A DNA stretch of 64,000 nt from positions 4,464,001 through 4,528,000 of the forward strand of contig CM102285.1 in assembly GCA_046563655.1 (NCBI GenBank), written 5' to 3'. The translations under genes were made by a program, and so were the position numbers. Origin of the DNA: Yuukianura sp. NJ FZ-2021 (Eukaryota). Shown one piece after another: positions 48,632 through 62,271 of the stretch. Every line of letters begins with the position of its first letter. The first letter of the stretch is position 1. The notes beneath the pieces are model-generated. The model made no database searches, had not been told where the DNA came from, and was given only the letters and a program-made list of their open reading frames with translations.

Positions 48632-49105
48632 TTGAGGGAGCCATAAATAATTATAATTCACCCAAAATTGAAATAAAACAATTTTAATTTTAAATAACTC
48701 TGGTATATTCGGTTTCAGTATTTCAAACCATTCATTATCTGAAATGTTTGAAAACTTCTTTTCTCAGTACAAATTTGAAAATTTGTTTGTCTTTAAAAAA
48801 TTCCTAAAATGATCCGAAAATAAACACAGAAGAATTAAACTTTAGAGATTTCGCTTAATTTCAGATTTGCTTATTGTTTCGATTAGTTATAACATGCGAT
48901 ATATTCTCAACACCTCAGGTTAATCCGTTAATTGGTTAGTTACCTTTACCTACTCGAAAGGACTGGTAATTGCACTGAACAATTCGCTGGTGACTGTTTT
49001 AATGTAATTGCAAATCCAAACGGTGTATTTGACAGTTACCGTAAAAAGTGTGATATGTAATGTTTTTTACGAGGGTTTCTACGCTAAGAGTTACTACCTA
49101 CAACC

Positions 49106-49147
49106 CAAGATTGCTATAGCGACCATTTGTACTAAAATGGCGTAACT
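49106..49147. mobile_element. Solo TIR of the 7857-8100 MITE family
   Basis: CAAGATTGCTATAGCGACCATTTGTACTAAAATGGCGTAAC. Confidence 0.6.
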
Positions 49148-49391
49148 ATAAATAAACAAATAAGAAGAAATAAACAAAATTTCGAGTTAAACAAGCTTGC
49201 TACAACCTGTCATTCTAAGAGTTTCAAACCTCGCTCAATAAGAAGGGGCTGGAAATTACATTAGGGTAACTGCTTCATTCAAGCTTTGTATTTGACAGCG
49301 TGATTTGTTTTCGTCCGGTACAACAGTTTTGACACTAATATTATATTCTTACCACCGAGTAATAAAACGATTAAAACCACACATAATAGGT

Positions 49392-50419
49392 AGGTAGGGA
49401 CGGGCGTACTGTAAACTTGACTGTGACGGTGGCACACCAAATTCTTACAGTACTTGATTGTAAGAACGTGAGTTAGGGATTTTACTCACCAAAATACTGT
49501 AAGACGGTAATTCTTTGCACGAGTTGATTTTGAAGTGCAGTGTGAAAAAAAAGCACAAACTCCAAGAAAATGAAGATAAATTGTTCCCCGACTGCCGACG
49601 AACACCTACATAGATCGACGGTCGCCGCCCCCATTTTGAATCCTACATCCACTTGTAAATTGTCGTCGCAACAGTCTTGTAATCGTTTAAGGTATTTATG
49701 TAAGGTATTTGAAATAACTCTCGGAAGAATTGTTAAAATGGCGTTCTGGGCGACACCCGATATGGCGGCGGCGACCATCGGTTGACAATACTTTGTCGCT
49801 ATATAGGCATGTCATCCATCATATGGTCAACTGCTTGAAAATATTTTTATAAAGGCCACAAAATGCCATAAACGCGTGGGAAATCAGTTTCCCCAAAATT
49901 TCAAGATGGCGGCGGCGACCATCAGTTGTCGCCAGCAACAAACCTATGTATTAGAGCTTTTGGGCAAGTTATACGGATCTGCATACAATTCCCAGGAAAA
50001 CGGCAAAAAAATGGCTGAGTGAATTTTGAAGATGGCGGCGGCGACCGTCGGATGTCGTAATGGTTCAACAAACATACGTATTACGGCTTTCATCCAAATG
50101 CAAGGGAACTGGATGCAATTCTTGAGAAAATGCGTCGAAAACATGAAAGATAATTTTCAAGATGGCAGCGGCGACATTAATGTCACCAGGGGTGACATTT
50201 TGTCAAGGGCCGACGTGTACATGTCGTACTTTAACAGCTAAGTAATTTAAGTTTTTAAAAAAAAGTCAAACTTCAAAATAAGTGTTGCTTATCCTACAGT
50301 ACAGTAAAAACTAGAGACGTGTTTGAAAAATAGAGGAGTTTACTCTCATTTCTGACGGTGTGCTGGGACCACAGTCAGAACCACAGTACCACAGTACCAC
50401 AGTACGCCCTTCCCTACCT
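49392..50419. mobile_element. TIR element with internal AAGATGGCGGCGGCGACC repeats, inserted in satellite A
   Basis: TIRs AGGTAGGGACGGGCGTACTGT / ACAGTACGCCCTTCCCTACCT, with satellite-A sequence on both sides. Confidence 0.65.
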
Positions 50420-50422
50420 TGC

Positions 50423-51263
50423 TAATTACAAGAGAGTGATACTTGCCGGGCACACCACGCTAATAACTTTAGCAATTGCTAATTCAAGCGGCTTAATTAT
50501 TGTACGGTACGGCTCACAGCGTGATTTGTGTTCATCCGGTACAATAGTTTTTACACTAATATTATATTCTTACCACCGAGTAATAAAACGATTAAAACCA
50601 CACTTAATTACAAGAGAGTGATACTTGCCGGGCACACCACGCTAGTAACTTTATCAATTGCTAATTCAAGCTGTTTAATTATCATACGGTACGGCTCACA
50701 GCGTGATTTGTTTTCGTCCGGTACAATAGTTTTTACACTAATATTATATTCTTACCAACAAGTAATAAACCGATTAAAACCACACTTAATTACAAGATGG
50801 TGATACTTGCCTGGCACACCACGCTAATAACTTTAGCAATTGCTAATTCAAGCGGTTTAATTATCATACGGTACGGCTCACAGCGTGATTTGTTTTCGTC
50901 CGGTACAATAGTTTTTACACTAATATTATATTCTTACCACCGAGTAATAAAAGGATTAAAACCACACTTAATTACAAGATGATGATACTTGCCTGGCACA
51001 CCACGCTAATAACTTTAGCAATTGCTAATTCAAGCGGTTTAATTATCATACGGTACGGCTCACAGCGTGATTTGTTTTCGTCCGGTACAATAGTTTTTAC
51101 ACTAATATTATATTCTTACCAACAAGTAATAAAACGATTAAAACCACACTTAATTACAAGATGGTGATACTTGCCTGGCACACCACGCTAATAACTTTAG
51201 CAATTGCTAATTCAAGCGGTTTAATTATCATACTGTACGGCTCACAGCGTGATTTGTTTTCGT
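50423..51263. repeat. Satellite A: ~182-bp tandem repeat, ~4.6 copies (plus a partial unit at ~49280-49388)
   Basis: TAATTACAAG recurs at ~50423, 50605, 50787, 50969 and 51151. Confidence 0.95.
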
Positions 51264-51347
51264 ATCCTAACCTAACATGTAGGTTTAACCTAACCTAACC
51301 TAGCTAACTTTCAAATTGACCTATGACCTCACATTTTTCACATTTTT

Positions 51348-51529
51348 AATCGGAAAGCGAACCGCTTGCACCACTTCACTAGCACATAGACCACGGTGGC
51401 TTTGATTACGTTAAAAATTTGTTGCGGCAAACAACAACTAATGCATAGCGTCAAGTTCCTATGCGCGATACAGTGACAAATATGCATCCCGATTGAATTG
51501 TTAAAACGTCTTCACATTTTTCGCATTTT
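51348..51529 (+). repeat. Satellite B, single monomer
   Basis: AATCGGAAAGCGAACC...CACATTTTTCGCATTTT. Confidence 0.95.
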
Positions 51530-52498
51530 AGTCTTCTGGAGACGCACGTCTACGACGTGCTGAAGAAGACTATTGATACGACTTTCCGTCCGTCCGTTCG
51601 CTTTTTTAGTATCTTTTGCACTGAAACATAAGCCCCATCGCAGTCGGGGGGTTATGTTTGGCTCAAGTATTTTCATTAGTTCTACATTGCACTCAAAGTC
51701 TTACATTAACAACGCACAAAGTTTGCCTCTGCATCGCGTTACTGTTTCTTAAGTCCTCAAAATTTTTGCGTTAGGTCTGCATTATACTCAAAATATTTAT
51801 TAACAACGAAGTTTTGATCTGGTCATTTTCTGGCAGTTAGTTTAATTGCGTTGTTAAATTAAGCCTAGTTAGAGGGTAGAAATTCCGGCTTATATTCGTA
51901 ATACGTAAATAGTGCTTGGCAGGGTTCAAATTTGCCTTTGCAAGAAATTTTTATAATTTTGGTTATAAACAAGCGATTTTTGGCTCAATAACTTATGCAC
52001 TTAATTTCACACACTGTGCACCCTCATCAACCGATATCGATTTAAAAGAAGGAATATTCGACCCATCCTGCTCAGCGTTCAAATTTGTTCATCATGCACA
52101 AATCTCTATTTAGATGTCATTATTTTGATGCCGTTTGGTTTACGCTCTTTTCGCTAATAGTACATTGCCATGGCAACACCGACAATACATTATGTGCATC
52201 TTGCACAACAAATTAAGAACATCAATTTAGTGCAAATATTTTGGGGTTTAAAACTGGAACATGAATCCGGTGCAATTTAAATGGTAGAATTGCCAACCCA
52301 GTTTTGGTGCAACTCATGCACAAAATAGGACTTCACATCCGCACTGAAAATTTTGAGCCACGTTTCTGTGCATCAGCTACACGAAAACGCTATCTCAGTT
52401 CTTCTACAGTCTTGAGGCAAACCGGTTTAAGTCCCATCAATTGTCAACTTCCTCCAGAAGACCTATGCTCAACCCTTGAGCATCGCCATACCTTGTTT
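51530..52498 (+). mobile_element. HINE/DINE-like spacer element, shorter divergent variant
   Basis: Same 5' (AGTCTTCTGGAG) and 3' (CTCCAGAAGAC + hairpin) ends as the 1.24-kb copies, with a diverged interior. Confidence 0.7.
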
Positions 52499-52504
52499 AA
52501 TCGG

Positions 52505-55500
52505 AATCGGAAAGCGAACCGCTTGCACCACTTCACTAGCGCATAGACCACGGTGGCTTTGATTACGTTAAAAATTTTTGCGGCAAACAACAACTAATGC
52601 ATAGCGTCAACTTCCTATGCGCGATACAGTGACAAATATGCATCCCGATTGAATTGTTAAAACGTCTTCACATTTTTCGCATTTTTAATCGGAAAGCGAA
52701 CCGCTTGCACCACTTCACTAGCGCATAGACCACGGTGGCTTTGATTACGTTAAAAATTTTTGCGGCAAACAACAACTAATGCATAGCGTCAACTTCCTAT
52801 GCGCGATACAGTGACAAATATGCATCCCGATTGAATTGTTAAAACGTCTTCACATTTTTCGCATTTTTAATCGGAAAGCGAACCGCTTGCACCACTTCAC
52901 TAGCGCATAGACCACGGTGGCTTTGATTACGTTAAAAATTTTTGCGGCAAACAACAACTAATGCATAGCGTCAACTTCCTATGCGCGATACAGTGACAAA
53001 TATGCATCCCGATTGAATTGTTAAAACGTCTTCACATTTTTCGCATTTTTAATCGGAAAGCGAACCGCTTGCACCACTTCACTAGCGCATAGACCACGGT
53101 GGCTTTGATTACGTTAAAAAATTTTTGCGGCAAACAACAACTAATGCATAGCGTCAACTTCCTATGCGCGATACAGTGACAAATAAGCATCCCGATTGAA
53201 TTGTTAAAACGTCTTCACATTTTTCGCATTTTTAATCGGAAAGCGAACCGCTTGCACCACTTCACTAGCGCATAGACCACGGTGGCTTTGATTACGTTAA
53301 AAATTTTTGCGGCAAACAACAACTAATGCATAGCGTAAACTTCCTATGCGCGATACAGTGACAAATATGCATCCCGATTGAATTGTTAAAACGTCTTCAC
53401 ATTTTTCGCATTTTTAATCGGAAAGCGAACCGCTTGCACCACTTCACTAGCGCATAGACCACGGTGGCTTTGATTACGTTAAAAATTTTTGCGGCAAACA
53501 ACAACTAATGCATAGCGTCAACTTCCTATGCGCGATACAGTGACAAATATGCATCCCGATTGAATTGTTAAAACGTCTACACATTTTTCGCATTTTTAAT
53601 CGGAAAGCGAACCGCTTGCACCACTTCACTAGCGCATAGACCACGGTGGCTTTGATTACGTTAAAATTTTTGCGGCAAACAACAACTAATGCACAGCGTC
53701 AACTTCCTATGCGCGATACAGTGACAAATATGCATCCCGATTGAATTGTTAAAACGTCTTCACATTTTTCGCATTTTTAATCGGAAAGCGAACCGCTTGC
53801 ACCACTTCACTAGCGCATAGACCACGGTGGCTTTGATTACGTTAAAAATTTTTGCGGCAAACAACAACTAATGCATAGCGTCAACTTCCTATGCGCGATA
53901 CAGTGACAAATATGCATCCCGATTGAATTGTTAAAACGTCTTCACATTTTTCGCATTTTTAATCGGAAAGCGAACCGCTTGCACCACTTCACTAGCGCAT
54001 AGACCACGGTGGCTTTGATTACGTTAAAAAATTTTGCGGCAAACAACAACTAATGCATAGCGTCAACTTCCTATGCGCGATACAGTGACAAATAAGCATC
54101 CCGATTGAATTGTTAAAACGTCTTCACATTTTTCGCATTTTTAATCGGAAAGCGAACCGCTTGCACCACTTCACTAGCGCATAGACCACGGTGGCTTTGA
54201 TTACGTTAAAAATTTTTGCGGCAAACAACAACTAATGCATAGCGTAAACTTCCTATGCGCGATACAGTGACAAATATGCATCTCGATTGAATTGTTAAAA
54301 CGTCTTCACATTTTTCGCATTTTTAATCGGAAAGCGAACCGCTTGCACCACTTCACTAGCGCATAGACCACGGTGGCTTTGATTACGTTAAAATTTTTGC
54401 GGCAAACAACAACTAATGCATAGCGTCAACTTCCTATGCGCGATACAGTGACAAATATGCATCCCGATTGAATTGTTAAAACGTCTACACATTTTTCGCA
54501 TTTTTAATCGGAAAGCGAACCGCTTGCACCACTTCACTAGCGCATAGACCACGGTGGCTTTGATTACGTTAAAATTTTTGCGGCAAACAACAACTAATGC
54601 ACAGCGTCAACTTCCTATGCGCGATACAGTGACAAATATGCATCCCGATTGAATTGTTAAAACGTCTTCACATTTTTCGCATTTTTAATCGGAAAGCGAA
54701 CCGCTTGCACCACTTCACTAGCGCATAGACCACGGTGGCTTTGATTACGTTAAAAAATTTTTGCGGCAAACAACAACTAATGCATAGCGTCAACTTCCTA
54801 TGCGCGATACAGTGACAAATATGCATCCCGATTGAATTGTTAAAACGTCTTCACATTTTTCGCATTTTTAATCGGAAAGCGAACCGCTTGCACCACTTCA
54901 CTAGCGCATAGACCACGGTGGCTTTGATTACGTTAAAAATTTTTGCGGCAAACAACAACTAATGCATAGCGTCAACTTCCTATGCGCGATACAGTGACAA
55001 ATATGCATCCCGATTGAATTGTTAAAACGTCTTCACATTTTTCGCATTTTTAATCGGAAAGCGAACCGCTTGCACCACTTCACTAGCGCATAGACCACGG
55101 TGGCTTTGATTACGTTAAAATTTTTGCGGCAAACAACAACTAATGCACAGCGTCAACTTCCTATGCGCGATACAGTGACAAATATGCATCCCGATTGAAT
55201 TGTTAAAACGTCTTCACATTTTTCGCATTTTTAATCGGAAAGCGAACCGCTTGCACCACTTCACTAGCGCATAGACCACGGTGGCTTTGATTACGTTAAA
55301 AAATTTTTGCGGCAAACAACAACTAATGCATAGCGTCAACTTCCTATGCGCGATACAGTGACAAATATGCATCCCGATTGAATTGTTAAAACGTCTTCAC
55401 ATTTTTCGCATTTTTAATCGGAAAGCGAACCGCTTGCACCACTTCACTAGCGCATAGACCACGGTGGCTTTGATTACGTTAAAAATTTTTGCGGCAAACA

Positions 55501-56870
55501 ACAACTAATGCATAGCGTCAACTTCCTATGCGCGATACAGTGACAAATATGCATCCCGATTGAATTGTTAAAACGTCTTCACATTTTTCGCATTTTTAAT
55601 CGGAAAGCGAACCGCTTGCACCACTTCACTAGCGCATAGACCACGGTGGCTTTGATTACGTTAAAAATTTTTGCGGCAAACAACAACTAATGCATAGCGT
55701 CAACTTCCTATGCGCGATACAGTGACAAATATGCATCCCGATTGAATTGTTAAAACGTCTTCACATTTTTCGCATTTTTAATCGGAAAGCGAACCGCTTG
55801 CACCACTTCACTAGCGCATAGACCACGGTGGCTTTGATTACGTTAAAAATTTTTGCGGCAAACAACAAGTAATGCATAGCGTCAACTTCCTATGCGCGAT
55901 ACAGTGACAAATATGCATCCCGATTGAATTGTTAAAACGTCTTCACATTTTTCGCATTTTTAATCGGAAAGCGAACCGCTTGCACCACTTCACTAGCGCA
56001 TAGACCACGGTGGCTTTGATTACGTTAAAAATTTTTGCGGCAAACAACAACTAATGCATAGCGTCAACTTCCTATGCGCGATACAGTGACAAATATGCAT
56101 CCCGATTGAATTGTTAAAACGTCTTCACATTTTTCGCATTTTTAATCGGAAAGCGAACCGCTTGCACCACTTCACTAGCGCATAGACCACGGTGGCTTTG
56201 ATTACGTTAAAATTTTTGCGGCAAACAACAACTAATGCATAGCGTCAACTTCCTATGCGCGATACAGTGACAAATATGCATCCCGATTGAATTGTTAAAA
56301 CGTCTTCACATTTTTCGCATTTTTAATCGGAAAGCGAACCGCTTGCACCACTTCACTAGCGCATAGACCACGGTGGCTTTGATTACGTTAAAAATTTTTG
56401 CGGCGAACAAGAACTAATGCATAGCGTCAGCTTCCTATGCGCGATACAGTGACAAATATGCATCCCGATTGAATTGTTAAAACGTCTTCACATTTTTCGC
56501 ATTTTTAATCGGAAAGCGAACCGCTTGCACCACTTCACTAGCGCATAGACCACGGTGGCTTTGAATACGTTAAAAAATTTTTGCGGCAAACAACAACTAA
56601 TGCATAGCGTCAACTTCCTATGCGCGATACAGTGACAAATATGCATCCCGATTGAATTGTTAAAACGTCTTCACATTTTTCGCATTTTTAATCGGAAAGC
56701 GAACCGCTTGCACCACTTCACTAGCGCGTAAACCACGGTGGCTTTGATTACGTTAAACATTTTTGCGGCAAGCAACAACTAATGCATAGCGTCAACTTCC
56801 TATGCGCGATACAGTGACAAATAAGCATCCCGATTGAATTGTTAAAACGTCTTCACATTTTTCGCATTTT
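52505..56870 (+). repeat. Satellite B array, 24 x 182 bp
   Basis: Near-identical head-to-tail monomers starting at 52505, 52687, 52869, 53051 and so on. Confidence 0.97.
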
Positions 56871-58113
56871 AGTCTTCTGGAGACGCACGTCTACGACGTG
56901 CTGAAGAAGACTATTGATACGACTTTGTCTGTCTGTCCGTCCGTCCGTTCGCTTTTTTAGTATCTTTTGCACTGAAACATAAGCCCCATCGCAGTCGGGG
57001 GGTTATGTTTGGCTCAAGTATTTTCATTAGTTCTACATTGCACTCAAAGTCTTACATTAACAACGCACAAAGTTTGCCTCTGCATCGCGTTACTGTTTCT
57101 TAAGTCCTCGAAATTTTTGCGTTAGGTCTGCATTATACTCAAAATATTTATTAACAACGAAGTTTTGATCTGGTCATTTTCTGGCAGTTAGTTTAATTAC
57201 GTTGTTAAATTAAGCCACATTAGAGGGTAGAAATTCCGGCTTAAATTCGTAATACGTAAACAGTGCCTTGTAGGGTTCAAAGTTCCTTTCTCAATAATTT
57301 TGATCATAAACAATGGATATTCGAGTTTATAACTTATGCACTTAATTTAACACATGGTGCATTTATTTGAACCGATTTTGATTTTATAGAAGTTATATTC
57401 GATGCCTACTCCTCAACGTTCAATTTTGATCAATTTGAACAACGAAGTTTTGATCTTCTCATTTTCTGACATTATGTTTAGTTACGTTGTTAAATTAAGA
57501 CTGATTAGAGGGTAGAAAATCCGGCTTAAATGATTATTATGTGAATTATGAAGACAGGGGTCAAATTTGCATTTACTAGATATTTTTATAATTTCGATTT
57601 TAATTTTGTGCATGATGCAAACTTATTGCACATGATTGTAAAATTGTGCAGTTATTTTGACGCTGGGTAATGGACGTTGTCATGACAACACTGGCAATGA
57701 ATTACGTGCGGGTTGTTTAAGTTAGTTTCAACGTTCAATTTTGTGCATGTTACACATTTGTGTGCAGTCAATTTCACGCCCGGTAATGGACTTTGTTATT
57801 TCAAAATTTGTGCATACTAGAGAACAATAATGTATTGTGCATCAACGTAATTTTGAAGAGAGTGAGAACTGTTCAGAGCTCAATCTGTACATTTTGATGG
57901 AAGCGGTTTTTTTTAACATTTTAAAAACGTTTTCAAACGGTTCATTATCATCTTGGTGCAATTCGTGCACAAAAAGGCCATCCGCACTTAAAATTTTGAG
58001 CAACGTTTCAGTGTATGAATCTGGGGAAAACGGTTTCTCTCGTTTGGTCGTATCCATTGTCTACTCCTCCAGAAGACCTATGCTCAACCCTTGAGCATCG
58101 CCCTACCTTGTTT
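56871..58113 (+). mobile_element. HINE/DINE-like (Helentron-derived) element, ~1.24 kb
   Basis: 5' subTIR GTCTTCTGGAG with a nearby partial inverted copy (GAAGAC), a (GTCT/GTCC)n microsatellite, 3' subTIR CTCCAGAAGAC, hairpin ATGCTCAA-CCC-TTGAGCAT and T-rich flanks. Confidence 0.75.
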
Positions 58114-61029
58114 AATCGGAAAGCGAACCGCTTGCACCACTTCACTAGCGCATAGACCACGGTGGCTTTGATTACGTTAAAAAATTTTTGCTTCAAACAA
58201 CAACTAATGCATAGCGTCAAGTTCCTATGCGCGATACAGTGACAAATATGCATCCCGATTGAATTGTTAAAACGTCTTCACATTTTTCGCATTTTTAATC
58301 GGAAAGCGAACCGCTTGCACCACTTCACTAGCGCATAGACCACGGTGGCTTTGATTACGTTAAAAATTTTTGCGGCAAACAACAACTAATGCATAGCGTC
58401 AACTTCCTATGCGCGATACAGTGACAAATATGCATCCCGATTGAATTGTTAAAACGTCTTCACATTTTTCGCATTTTTAATCGGAAAGCGAACCGCTTGC
58501 ACCACTTCACTAGCGCATAGAAAACGGTGGCTTTGATTACGTTAAAAAATTTTTGCGGCAAACAACAACTAATGCATAGCGTCAACTTCCTATGCGCGAT
58601 ACAGTGACAAATATGCATCCCGATTGAATTGTTAAAACGTCTTCACATTTTTCGCATTTTTAATCGGAAAGCGAACCGCTTGCACCACTTCACTAGCGCA
58701 TAGACCACGGTGGCTTTGATTACGTTAAAAATTTTTGCGGCAAACAACAACTAATGCATAGCGTCAACTTCCTATGCGCGATACAGTGACAAATATGCAT
58801 CCCGATTGAATTGTTAAAACGTCTTCACATTTTTCGCATTTTTAATCGGAAAGCGAACCGCTTGCACCACTTCACTAGCGCATAGACCACGGTGGCTTTG
58901 ATTACGTTAAAAAATTTTGCGGCAAACAACAACTAATGCATAGCGTCAACTTCCTATGCGCGATACAGTGACAAATAAGCATCCCGATTGAATTGTTAAA
59001 ACGTCTTCACATTTTTCGCATTTTTAATCGGAAAGCGAACCGCTTGCACCACTTCACTAGCGCATAGACCACGGTGGCTTTGATTACGTTAAAAATTTTT
59101 TGCGGCAAACAACAACTAATGCATAGCGTAAACTTCCTATGCGCGATACAGTGACAAATATGCATCCCGATTGAATTGTTAAAACGTCTTCACATTTTTC
59201 GCATTTTTAATCGGAAAGCGAACCGCTTGCACCACTTCACTAGCGCATAGACCACGGTGGCTTTGATTACGTTAAAATTTTTGCGGCAAACAACAACTAA
59301 TGCATAGCGTCAACTTCCTATGCGCGATACAGTGACAAATATGCATCCCGATTGAATTGTTAAAACGTCTTCACATTTTTCGCATTTTTAATCGGAAAGC
59401 GAACCGCTTGCACCACTTCACTAGCGCATAGACCACGGTGGCTTTGATTACGTTAAAATTTTTGCGGCAAACAACAACTAATGCACAGCGTCAACTTCCT
59501 ATGCGCGATACAGTGACAAATATGCATCCCGATTGAATTGTTAAAACGTCTTCACATTTTTCGCATTTTTAATCGGAAAGCGAACCGCTTGCACCACTTC
59601 ACTAGCGCATAGACCACGGTGGCTTTGATTACGTTAAAAAATTTTTGGGGCAAACAACAACTAATGCATAGCGTCAACTTCCTATGCGCGATACAGTGAC
59701 AAACATGCATCCCGATTGAATTGTTAAAACGTCTTCACATTTTTCGCATTTTTAATCGGAAAGCGAACCGCTTGCACCACTTCACTAGCGCATAGACCAC
59801 GGTGGCTTTGATTACGTTAAAAATTTTTGCGGCAAACAACAACTAATGCATAGCGTCAACTTCCTATGCGCGATACAGTGACAAATATGCATCCCGATTG
59901 AATTGTTAAAACGTCTTCACATTTTTCGCATTTTTAATCGGAAAGCGAACCGCTTGCACCACTTCACTAGCGCATAGACCACGGTGGCTTTGAATACGTT
60001 AAAAAATTTTTGCGGCAAACAACAACTAATGCATAGCGTCAACTTCCTATGCGCGATACAGTGACAAATATGCATCCCGATTGAATTGTTAAAACGTCTT
60101 CACATTTTTCGCATTTTTAATCGGAAAGCGAACCGCTTGCACCACTTCACTAGCGCATAGACCACGGTGGCTTTGATTACGTTAAAAATTTTTGCGGCAA
60201 ACAACAACTAATGCATAGCGTCAACTTCCTATGCGGGATACAGTGACAAATATGCATCCCGATTGAATTGTTAAAACGTCTTCACATTTTTCGTATTTTT
60301 AATCGGAAAGCGAACCGCTTGCACCACTTCACTAGCGCATAGACCACGGTGGCTTTGATTACGTTAAAAATTTTTGCGGCAAACAACAAGTAATGCATAG
60401 CGTCAACTTCCTATGCGCGATACAGTGACAAATATGCATCCCGATTGAATTGTTAAAACGTCTTCACATTTTTCGCATTTCTAATCGGAAAGCGAACCGC
60501 TTGCACCACTTCACTAGCGCATAGACCACGGTGGCTTTGATTACGTTAAAAATTTTTGCGGCAAACAACAACTAATGCATAGCGTCAACTTCCTATGCGC
60601 GATACAGTGACAAATATGCATCCCGATTGAATTGTTAAAACGTCTTCACATTTTTCGCATTTTTAATCGGAAAGCGAACCGCTTGCACCACTTCACTAGC
60701 GCATAGACCACGGTGGCTTTGAATACGTTAAAAAATTTTTGCGGCAAACAACAACTAATGCATAGCGTCAACTTCCTATGCGCGATACAGTGACAAATAT
60801 GCATCCCGATTGAATTGTTAAAACGTCTTCACATTTTTCGCATTTTTAATCGGAAAGCGAACCGCTTGCACCACTTCACTAGCGCATAGACCACGGTGGC
60901 TTTGATTACGTTAAAAAATTTTTGCGGCAAACAACAACTAATGCATAGCGTCAACTTCCTATGCGCGATACAGTGACAAATAAGCATCCCGATTGAATTG
61001 TTAAAACGTCTTCACATTTTTCGCATTTT
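58114..61029 (+). repeat. Satellite B array, 16 x 182 bp
   Basis: Same monomer as the first array. Confidence 0.97.
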
Positions 61030-62271
61030 AGTCTTCTGGAGACGCACGTCTACGACGTGCTGAAGAAGACTATTGATACGACTTTGTCTGTCTGTCCGTC
61101 CGTCCGTTCGCTTTTTTAGTATCTTTTGCACTGAAACATAAGCCCCATCGCAGTCGGGGGGTTATGTTTGGCTCAAGTATTTTCATTAGTTCTACATTGC
61201 ACTCAAAGTCTTACATTAACAACGCACAAAGTTTGCCTCTGCATCGCGTTACTGTTTCTTAAGTCCTCAAAATTTTTGCGTTAGGTCTGCATTATACTCA
61301 AAATATTTATTAACAACGAAGTTTTGATCTGGTCATTTTCTGGCAGTTAGTTTAATTACGTTGTTAAATTAAGCCAAATTAGAGGGTAGAAATTCCGGCT
61401 TAAATTCGTAATACGTAAACAGTGCCTTGTAGGGTTCAAAGTTCCTTTCTCAATAATTTTGATCATAAACAAGGGATATTCGAGTTTATAACTTATGCAC
61501 TTAATTTAACACATGGTGCATTTATTTGAACCGATTTTGATTTTATAGAAGTTATATTCGATGCCTACTCCTCAACGTTCAATTTTGATCAATTTGAACA
61601 ACGAAGTTTTGATCTTCTCATTTTCTGACATTATGTTTAGTTACGTTGTTAAATTAAGACTGATTAGAGGGTAGAAAATCCGGCTTAAATGATTATTATG
61701 TGAATTATGAAGACAGGGGTCAAATTTGCATTTACTAGATATTTTTATAATTTCGATTTTAATTTTGTGCATGATGCAAACTTATTGCACATGATTGTAA
61801 AATTGTGCAGTTATTTTGACGCTGGGTAATGGACGTTGTCATGACAACACTGGCAATGAATTACGTGCGGGTTGTTTAAGTTAGTTTCAACGTTCAATTT
61901 TGTGCATGTTACACATTTGTGTGCAGTCAATTTCACGCCCGGTAATGGACTTTGTTATTTCAAAATTTGTGCATACTAGAGAACAATAATGTATTGTGCA
62001 TCAACGTAATTTTGAAGAGAGTGAGAACTGTCCAGAGCTCAATCTGTACATCTTGATGGAAGCGGTTTTTTTAACACTTTAAAAACGTTTTCAAACGGTT
62101 CATTATCATCTTGGTGCAATTCGTGCACAAAAACGCCATCCGCACTTAAAATTTTGAGCAACGTTTCAGTGTATGAATCTGGGGAAAACGGTTTCTCTCG
62201 TTTGGTCGTATCCATTGTCTACTCCTCCAGAAGACCTATGCTCAACCCTTGAGCATCGCCCTACCTTGTTT
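61030..62271 (+). mobile_element. HINE/DINE-like element, near-identical copy
   Basis: Near-identical to 56871-58113. Confidence 0.75.

Noticed and set aside
50358..51167. Repeated short ORFs
   Set aside because: They are translations of satellite A monomers.
51265..51305. Telomeric (TTAGG)n (also ~45533-45547)
   Set aside because: Only 2-3 units; such CCTAA stretches also occur inside local TEs, so this is not a telomere array.
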